This document shows positions 16,572-23,441 of a stretch of DNA of 64,000 nucleotides, in pieces; within the stretch, counting starts at the first letter, position 1; the number at the start of each line of letters is the position of its first letter. The stretch is from a virus, in the IMG/VR virus record IMGVR_UViG_3300045988_171102. One strand, 5' to 3'. The notes under the pieces are model-generated. The model saw only the letters and a program-made list of their open reading frames with translations. It had not been told where the DNA came from and ran no database searches. A program made the translations under genes and the position numbers.

Positions 16572-16799
16572 TCATATAACTTCATCTGTAAGATTATTTA
16601 ATATACCCAATAATGCGCAATAAGTGCATCCGTTTTTATTGTACAAGTCTGTTGTAAATATTTCCGTATAGTTATCGCTCTGTATAGCTTGCAAGATCTG
16701 TTTGAAAAATAACTTGTTAAAATAACGGATGTTGCTACACTCTGATTGTAATTCTGTTTTAACTGTTTTATATAATTGTTCAAATTTTTTTGTTGTCAT
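16572..16799 (-). CDS. Hypothetical protein (75 aa)
   Basis: ORF track entry with a GGAGGCTGAAA RBS. Confidence 0.65.
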   Translation of the reverse strand: MTTKKFEQLYKTVKTELQSECSNIRYFNKLFFKQILQAIQSDNYTEIFTTDLYNKNGCTYCALLGILNNLTDEVI

Positions 16800-16805
16800 A
16801 TTATT

Positions 16806-16967
16806 TCAGCCTCCGATCATTACAAGAAATTTACAACAGTAATAAAAACTTAAATAGGCAGCAGTAAAAATAATAATAGCAATTGCAAGGAATAAACTAA
16901 TTTCAAGTGTTACGGCTCTGTTATGTTGTTTTTTTCGGTTTACTATGTATTTCGTGGGCGTTCTCAT
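16806..16967 (-). CDS. Small membrane protein (53 aa)
   Basis: MRTPTKYIVNRKKQHNRAVTLEISLFLAIAIIIFTAAYL... with a GAGGAGGAAG RBS. Below the track cutoff. Confidence 0.55.
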   Translation of the reverse strand: MRTPTKYIVNRKKQHNRAVTLEISLFLAIAIIIFTAAYLSFYYCCKFLVMIGG

Positions 16968-17002
16968 TGTGTGTCTTCCTCCTCTTTAAGTAATAAAAAG
17001 CA

Positions 17003-17037
17003 TTAAAAAAAGAAGCTAACACACAAGTTAGCTTCTT
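17003..17037 (-). terminator. Intrinsic terminator after the 301-aa gene
   Basis: 11-bp stem AAGAAGCTAAC/GTTAGCTTCTT followed by a U-run on the minus strand. Confidence 0.65.
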
Positions 17038-17056
17038 TACAATTTAGATTATTCAA

Positions 17057-17962
17057 TTATTTATTTTCGGGTTTTCCGGCTTCAGTTTTTGTCTTTGAAG
17101 GCTTTTCAGCTTCTTTTTTCGGTTTATTTTCCTTTTCGGGTTTTATAGTTTTTGCACAACTATTTTTACTCTTAATGACAAATTGTTCGTCATTGATTTT
17201 TGACTTTACAAGATTAAACAAGTGTTTTTCCATCTTTTTTTCACCTGCAAAAGTGATAAGTCTTTTGTTCTCGGCACATTTTGCGCAGCTATCAATAATG
17301 TAGTGAACATCTTTTTTGCTGACAAGTAAATTAAAGTCCGGAAGCATCAGCTTCAGAAGCTCAGCAAGTGCCTTTTGTATTGTATTAATTGAAACCGAAG
17401 AAGGGCGAAATACTGCAAAATCAGAGTCAGAATTAGTATTTGGCACATTTTCAAATTTTTGAATTGTTTTTGCTTCCTGCTGATTTTTTGCAAATCGGAA
17501 ACAAAGAATATTAAAAAGTGTTAAAGCAAAATCATATTTGAGATCGGTCAAGTTTTTATATTTTGCTTTAATAGCTGCAAAATCAATAAATTTTGACTTT
17601 TCATTAAAGTTAAAGTCTTTATCAATTTTAATAAAGCCGTTCATAAATTCATTTTTACAAATAAATTCAATTAGGTTTTTGCGGTCATCTTTAAACCGTA
17701 AAACGATTTCATTGATCTTAAAATCAGAATAGTAGTTGTTGAAATCATTGCAAAAGTCAACATTTTCATTGAACAAGTCAAAATCATTATTTTTTCTTGC
17801 GTATGTAAAATTGTTTTTGAGAGCTTCTTTAATGCCTTCAAATTCTTCTTGCGTGTGTTCCTGCTGCAAATTTGTTTTTTTATCAAATTCGCAAAAGGGA
17901 TTAGCTGAATAAGTCAAAATGTTTTCGGTTGTTGCCGTTGTTGTTGTGTTAGTTTTTTTCAT
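17057..17962 (-). CDS. Hypothetical protein (301 aa) with a Lys/Pro/Glu-rich basic tail
   Basis: ORF track entry with a GGAGGTAAC RBS. The C-terminus is KPEKENKPKKEAEKPSKTKTEAGKPENK. Confidence 0.75.
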   Translation of the reverse strand: MKKTNTTTTATTENILTYSANPFCEFDKKTNLQQEHTQEEFEGIKEALKNNFTYARKNNDFDLFNENVDFCNDFNNYYSDFKINEIVLRFKDDRKNLIEFICKNEFMNGFIKIDKDFNFNEKSKFIDFAAIKAKYKNLTDLKYDFALTLFNILCFRFAKNQQEAKTIQKFENVPNTNSDSDFAVFRPSSVSINTIQKALAELLKLMLPDFNLLVSKKDVHYIIDSCAKCAENKRLITFAGEKKMEKHLFNLVKSKINDEQFVIKSKNSCAKTIKPEKENKPKKEAEKPSKTKTEAGKPENK

Positions 17963-18299
17963 TTTTTGTTACCTCCTAAAAAATGAATAATAAAATATAT
18001 TTATTGTTGTTTTTTCAAAATGATATAATTTACCTGCGGAATTTAGTACCATTTCTAAAAACAAAATGAATACAAAATGTAAAAATATGATAGATTTGAA
18101 ATCTTTTAAAAATTCAATTTCATGAAGTTTTTTTGTTTGAGCTTCAAAAAATTCATTTTGCAGCCCGAAAAAGATTTTTTTGTCTATATTTTTCAAAGAT
18201 CTAAAAAATAATTCAAGCACATTAAAATTAACGGATGATTTATTTTTTTTAATTGATGGGATAGGACTGATAGGCTCAACCCTTCAGAAACCGTTTAAT

Positions 18300-18500
18300 T
18301 TATTGAATTATAGGCGTTTTATATATTTCAGTTTCCCCATTATATGTAATTGCTATATTGTTATTTGAAGTATAATCCACCTCTAAATGTTTAAGTATAT
18401 AAGACCCTGTAATTTTAACAGTACAAATGACAGTACATGCAAAAATAACAATTATTGCAAAAATTAATGCTATTTTTTTACAGTTACTAAAAGATTTCAT
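18300..18500 (-). CDS. Small membrane-anchored protein (66 aa)
   Basis: ORF track entry with a TGGAGGTAAC RBS and one N-terminal TM segment. It is the first gene of the minus-strand arm. Confidence 0.65.
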   Translation of the reverse strand: MKSFSNCKKIALIFAIIVIFACTVICTVKITGSYILKHLEVDYTSNNNIAITYNGETEIYKTPIIQ

Positions 18501-18531
18501 TTTGTTACCTCCACAGTTTTTTTGATTATGT

Positions 18532-18560
18532 TTGACAAAGAATAAATAATAATGTATGAT
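18532..18560 (+). promoter_or_regulatory. Sigma-A type promoter of the RHH gene
   Basis: TTGACA (18532-18537), a 17-nt spacer, then TATGAT (18555-18560). Confidence 0.6.
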
Positions 18561-18651
18561 ATGTTTTAGATTTTAAACATCTTTTTTTCCTTTTTGTCTA
18601 CGACAATTATATCACAAGTTGTTACATTTTTCAAGCGTTATTTTATACAAA

Positions 18652-18672
18652 GATATAACAACTTGTTATATC
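18652..18672. promoter_or_regulatory. 21-bp perfect palindrome (candidate operator)
   Basis: GATATAACAA-C-TTGTTATATC lies between the promoter and the RHH start. A related half-site copy (ATATCACAAGTTGTTA) is at about 18609-18624. Confidence 0.5.
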
Positions 18673-18710
18673 GGTTTTATATAAACTGCACAATAACAGA
18701 AGGTGATACA

Positions 18711-18932
18711 ATGACAATAAATAACAATAGCAATAACAATAATTTACAAAATAAAACTTCAGAAGCTCGAAAAAAAGCAAGTGCAAAATATACTAAAAAA
18801 ACATATAAAAACAAAACGGTATATATTAAATTAACTGATTTAGAAAAGATTGACGCATACCTTCAAAGCGTGGGTATGAGCTGCACACAGTTTTTTTATA
18901 AAGCGTTAAGGGATAATGGTGTAGATGTATAA
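18711..18932 (+). CDS. Ribbon-helix-helix (CopG/Arc-like) DNA-binding protein (73 aa)
   Basis: GAAGGTGA RBS and ATG at 18711. The pattern KTVYIKLTDLEKIDAYLQSVGMSCTQFFYKAL fits a beta-alpha-alpha RHH fold. Confidence 0.55.
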   Translation: MTINNNSNNNNLQNKTSEARKKASAKYTKKTYKNKTVYIKLTDLEKIDAYLQSVGMSCTQFFYKALRDNGVDV

Positions 18933-19658
18933 ATATTATTGTTTATGGCAGGCAGGAAGATAGGCAAGAAAAAAAGCACAAAAGTGCTTTAACAAATTAA
19001 AGTGTTATAAAAAATATAAGTATTTATTTCGTTGAAGTGCATTTATATATACTTATAAATAATATAACTGTATAATCAATGAATGCACGAAGTCTTTTAA
19101 TACTTTAATGTACTAAAGTGTTATAATAAATATAACTGTATTTTCTCCCGCTCCCACGAACTTATAAAACAGCTCTTCAAGCTCTTTTCTTCTTTTCTAA
19201 CTGTCCGCTTTTTGATGTTTTGTGGACAATTAACAAGTTTTTTAATGCCGATGAAGTAAGATAACGCAAGCTGCTAAAACAAATAAGAAACAATTTTTTT
19301 CAAATTTTAAGAATTAAAATAATCAAAAAACCTCCGATATTATCTATCTTTTTTTTGATTTTCTTAAAGTTTAAAGTATAATGCAAAAGCAAAAAAATAC
19401 AATAATTTATAATTCAAATTTCATAACGCTAACGCTTTATGCCGTACACTAAACGGCTATATATAGGGGGGTAGTTTACATTCCCTAAACGATTTTCATT
19501 TCCAATAAAGGGCATAGTACACTCATCCAAATATTCGCCACCAAAAATCCAATTATGAATTTCCCCACCTCCCCTATCTCTAAAATCCCCTATTTTTTAC
19601 TCTTATATTTTTGACCACTTTTTTTCAACCAATTTAAAAATTATTAATGCTTTATAAA

Positions 19659-19960
19659 TTCCTTAAATACCGCATATTCAAGCCATTTTTTACTTATTAA
19701 ACCTACACAACATTATTTTCATATTTAACCCCTTTAAACTTCCTTAAAACCTCATTGCCAAGCCATTTTCACGAACTTAACATAGAATTAATAAAAAAAC
19801 GCAATTTTACAAATTATAGTATCCCCAATAATACAATTAATATATTCTTTAGGTTTTAAGCCATTTTTTAAATAATTTACGCTTTAAATAATTTCATAAT
19901 CTTAATAGATTCAATATTCAAGTTCATTCCAATTCATTTTCTTAAAATACCGTATATCTA
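19659..19960 (+). repeat. Iteron-like degenerate direct repeats (TTCCTTAAA.ACC.CAT...CAAGCCATTTT family)
   Basis: Full copies lie at 19659-19690 and 19740-19770, 81 bp apart. Partial copies lie at 19851-19870, 19911-19930 and 19939-19958. AAGCCATTTTTT also occurs at 26394-26405. Confidence 0.5.
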
Positions 19961-20186
19961 AATGCAAAAAAATACTTTATTTTTTTCAACTGCTATTTCT
20001 GTAACCATATACAACTTTTAACTTATTACTCTTATTTCCCATTATTGCTTAATAATCATATTAAAAAACAATTTCAATTCTTAGTTTAACCACTCATTTT
20101 TGTATGAAGTGGTCTTTTTATTTCTTAAAGATCTAATTAAACAACCACACTAACGCTACAGTAAAATTACAAAAATTATTATGTCA

Positions 20187-20305
20187 GACAACAAATTGAA
20201 AATAAGAGACGAGTAAACTCGGATGTTATTTTCTGTTTGTTGTCGTAAACAGTTGTTGATTGTTTTACCTTCAGGTGAAACAAGAAATGACTGTTTACTT
20301 TTATT
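20187..20305 (+). ncRNA. Two adjacent long hairpins ending in a U-tract (candidate structured RNA)
   Basis: Hairpin 1 spans 20187-20244 (GACAACAA/TTGTTGTC outer stem, GAAAATAA/TTATTTTC, CGAG/CTCG). Hairpin 2 spans 20245-20298 (GTAAACAG/CTGTTTAC, GTTTTACC/GGTGAAAC). TTTTATT follows. Confidence 0.3.
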
Positions 20306-20723
20306 GGCTTGGCAACAATTATGTGATAAGAAATTTATTTGTTATAATTCACAATAATAAGTATCTCTTATGCTCTTCATAGTCTCTATACGCTCTCAGA
20401 TTGCAATGAACTCTCTTTTATGTAAAAAATACCCTAATACACCAATAACTTTGCTTACAATCAATTTTTAAGCCTTTTAGAGCACATTCTGTTTTATTTA
20501 ATTCTTTAATAATTACTTTTAAAAAATACAACATATCTCTATTTTGCTCTATTTTGCCCTGTATTCGATTTTTTGGTTTAGCAATGTAATTATACTATTT
20601 TTGTATTTTAGTTTAATACAAGCCAATTTTCGCAAGAATAGAATAAGTTTTGAACGCAAATGCTTATTACATATTGATTTAATATTAATTTAATAATATT
20701 TTTTACTTTTTTTACTGAAACTA

Positions 20724-20751
20724 TTGCAATTTTAAAATTATCTGTTATAAT
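20724..20751 (+). promoter_or_regulatory. Extended -10 promoter reading into the AGCGTTAGC sites
   Basis: TTGCAA (20724-20729), a 16-nt spacer, then TGtTATAAT (20743-20751). Confidence 0.5.
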
Positions 20752-20820
20752 ATATTTTAGACATATCAGTTACAAGTGACGGTTAAAGATTATTTGTATT
20801 TACATGTTCAGGATTAAATA

Positions 20821-20911
20821 AGCGTTAGCGTTTTAATCCGTTTAAGGTTTAATTATCGCTAAGCGTTAGCTTAGTGAGAAATAAACCGCAATCAGCCCCC
20901 GTAGCGTTAGC
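20821..20911 (+). repeat. Three AGCGTTAGC sites spaced exactly 41 bp apart
   Basis: Copies lie at 20821-20829, 20862-20870 and 20903-20911. Copies 2 and 3 form 6-bp stems with a GTTA loop (CTAAGC-GTTA-GCTTAG and CGTAGC-GTTA-GCTACG). Copy 1 lies in the loop of an 8-bp stem. Confidence 0.7.
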
Positions 20912-21090
20912 TACGGCACAAAAGAATGAATATATCTAACTAATAAGTTTTCTTATTGGTTTGTTTCTTTTTACTTATGTTCACCGTCATTTGTAATTTA
21001 TGTTTTATTTGACTATTTATTTTATTCTTTTGTTTCTTATTTCTTATTTTCTTAATTTTATTTTGAATTTAAAGAAAGAACCAAAGAAAG

Positions 21091-21128
21091 GATTTACTTA
21101 TTACCCCTAAAGGGGTAATAAGTAAATC
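21091..21128. repeat. Perfect 38-bp inverted repeat
   Basis: GATTTACTTATTACCCCT-AA-AGGGGTAATAAGTAAATC has 18-bp arms with no mismatch. Confidence 0.85.
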
Positions 21129-21220
21129 TAATAATATTAAATTTCTTATATTTATTTCTTATATTATTTATATTATTAAATATATATTATATTATAAATT
21201 TATATTATAAATAACAAAAA
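21129..21220. other. Nearly pure A+T tract (candidate DNA unwinding element)
   Basis: About 90 bp with only a handful of C residues and reiterated ATATTAT/TTATATT motifs, lying between the palindrome and the Rep-like gene. Confidence 0.5.
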
Positions 21221-21329
21221 GGTGTGAGTAAAAAACGAACACCGTATTAATGAACTTTTATTTATAAAAGGTTGTGTGCAAAAAATAGTCGAAAAGTGGT
21301 TACAATTTTGTTACAAAAAGGATGATTGA

Positions 21330-22349
21330 ATGGTGTATACATATAAAAATGAGTTTGTCAATTTTAAGTTACTTGTAAATCAATCAGTTACTTCTAACAT
21401 GACAATACCAAAAAACATTATTGATGAATTATTCAAAAATAAAAATGAAAAAGTTTGGTTTGCGTATTATGTTATGAGAGGGCTTGGGCGGTTAATTATG
21501 TATTCACAAGCAATACATAGTTGGAAGCAAGATAAATTTCAGGCAAGCAATCAAAAAAATGGTAATAAGATTATTGCCGATTATTTTAATAACATAAGAC
21601 TTATTGAAATCAAACGCAGCTTCACTGACTTGACCAAAGACATATTTGAGAATTTTTCATTTTATGTAATTTTTGAAACTTTATTTCCTTTTGTAGATAG
21701 AAAGTTTTATAAGTCACTTGAGAAAATCTTTTTTGATGGATTAGAATATTTCATTAAACAAGGTAAGATTGTACGAATTTGTAATCGTAGAATTGGTTAT
21801 CCGTATTATCGGACTATGTATTGGAACATCACTGTTGATATAAAGCCAATTTACATTACAGATGAGTTTGCAGATGAATTAACAGTTGAGACACTTAACT
21901 TACCTAATAATATTTTAAACACTTCTTACTCATTTAAATCTGAATGGTTAAGTCAATGTTTTAAGATTACCGAAGCGAATCCAATGAAGGCATTAAGGAT
22001 GTCGAGAGTTTTGTGTTTTATAATAAATAAAAGAATTAAGCGATATCATAAAAAAATTGCATATCTATCATTTAGGACATTGAGCAACCTTACAGGACTT
22101 TGTGAACGAAGTATTAAAAATTATGTAAAAGAATTACGAGATAATAATTTACTTTATTATGACAACTATATTTTAATTGCGAATCCTCTGAAGCAGGTGT
22201 GTAAGTATAGCAAAAATTTTTATTGCCTGCCTGAAGATAAAGACTATTTAGAGAAAATAGTTGAAAAATATAGAATTAAAAAAATTGAAGCAGAACAAAA
22301 TACAAAAGCGAAACAACCAATAAATGAAATGATAGAAAATTTTGAATGA
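21330..22349 (+). CDS. Replication initiator-like protein with a C-terminal winged-helix motif (339 aa)
   Basis: ORF track entry. LSFRTLSNLTGLCERSIKNYVKELRDNNLLYY looks like a wHTH. It lies immediately downstream of the iteron/A+T region. Confidence 0.5.
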   Translation: MVYTYKNEFVNFKLLVNQSVTSNMTIPKNIIDELFKNKNEKVWFAYYVMRGLGRLIMYSQAIHSWKQDKFQASNQKNGNKIIADYFNNIRLIEIKRSFTDLTKDIFENFSFYVIFETLFPFVDRKFYKSLEKIFFDGLEYFIKQGKIVRICNRRIGYPYYRTMYWNITVDIKPIYITDEFADELTVETLNLPNNILNTSYSFKSEWLSQCFKITEANPMKALRMSRVLCFIINKRIKRYHKKIAYLSFRTLSNLTGLCERSIKNYVKELRDNNLLYYDNYILIANPLKQVCKYSKNFYCLPEDKDYLEKIVEKYRIKKIEAEQNTKAKQPINEMIENFE

Positions 22350-22548
22350 GTCTTTTAATACATTATTTGGTATTTAGTGTAATTCACTTTAATGCTTTAG
22401 TGTGTTAAAGAGTTTTATGAAAGGTTGTGGTATATTCAATTACTTTTATTTAAATGAAGTTAGTTAGACACCTTTTTCAATTTTAACTAATGGGTAATTC
22501 AACTATTGAGACATTAAAAAACAATTTAGAATGGTCAGAAAGGATTGA

Positions 22549-22743
22549 TTGATAAATGATTATGAAAGGAAAAGTAAAGTTACGAAAAATTTCAATTGCA
22601 TATGGCACGATGTTTGCGAGGATAATTGTATGAATTGTGAATTTGGTGCGAACATAGAAGTTTTGGCTGAAAGAGAATATCGAGAAAGTCTAAACGAGAG
22701 ACAGGAATATTACCTTGATATTATTGCAGATTTTAATGACTAA
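22549..22743 (+). CDS. Cys-rich small protein (64 aa, TTG start)
   Basis: ORF track entry containing CIWHDVCEDNCMNCEFG. The RBS spacing is short, so the start is uncertain. Confidence 0.5.
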   Translation: MINDYERKSKVTKNFNCIWHDVCEDNCMNCEFGANIEVLAEREYRESLNERQEYYLDIIADFND

Positions 22744-22806
22744 TAAAATTTAGTTTTAAAAAATAACATAATGAGATAAGATCTACATAACAACAGAAAG
22801 GAATGT

Positions 22807-23361
22807 ATGACATTGAATAATTTAGAAAACAAACAGAATGATTGCCGTAATTATGAAACAGAATCATTTTTAATTGGTGTTGATGGTTCATTTAAAATAC
22901 ATACTGAACCTCCTACATCAAGTGCAATTGAAACAGTGTTTGAAATAATGCGTACTGAGGATGAAAAAATCGTTTATAACATAGAGAGACTGTTATACTT
23001 TAATTCGGAACAAGAAGAAGCTATATTTTGGCAGAAATGTATTGATAGTTTGATTAATTATGTCGGTAAAGGATTAAACTATAATTTTAAAAGAATCCCT
23101 ATTATGCCACTTGCCTATTCACAGAATATGTGTTATGTGATTAACCGATTATTAAAACTCGTAATAGACAACGATAATATGCAAAATCAAACTTTTAATA
23201 CTGTAGCATCTTTAGCAAATTGTTGCTTAACTATTTTGCAAGATAAACGATATGATACCATTGAAGATTTGATTAATGAGGTATCAATCTGTGTTCTCGT
23301 GATGTTAATTTCAACTAATCTTGATTTAACTAATCTTGATTTGCAAAATATAAATATTTAA
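22807..23361 (+). CDS. Hypothetical protein (184 aa)
   Basis: ORF track entry with an AAAGGAATG RBS. Confidence 0.7.
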   Translation: MTLNNLENKQNDCRNYETESFLIGVDGSFKIHTEPPTSSAIETVFEIMRTEDEKIVYNIERLLYFNSEQEEAIFWQKCIDSLINYVGKGLNYNFKRIPIMPLAYSQNMCYVINRLLKLVIDNDNMQNQTFNTVASLANCCLTILQDKRYDTIEDLINEVSICVLVMLISTNLDLTNLDLQNINI

Positions 23362-23441
23362 AATTCAATAATAGTATTGACAGGAGTGTGATATTTAATT
23401 AATTACAATAGGGGTGTTACAGCATAGCTAAGTCAACAAGT

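Larger units (their letters stand above)
18933..21329. other. 2.4-kb ORF-free, repeat-rich region (candidate replication origin/control region)
   Basis: The supplied track shows no ORF of 60 aa or more in any frame. The region holds several repeat families, hairpins, a palindrome and an A+T tract directly upstream of the Rep-like gene. Confidence 0.75.

Noticed and set aside
17969-18220. 83-aa minus-strand track ORF
   Set aside because: It has no RBS and a Phe/Lys-rich low-complexity sequence. The region contains promoter-like elements (for example TTATTG-17-TATAAT with TG at about 18001-18029 on the plus strand). I treat it as non-coding, but with low certainty.
21091-21128. The 38-bp palindrome as a telomere-resolution (telRL) site of a linear plasmid-prophage
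   Set aside because: No protelomerase-sized gene is present; the only tyrosine recombinase is 330 aa with ordinary integrase motifs. The palindrome sits in a classic origin context. The idea is kept only as a remote alternative.
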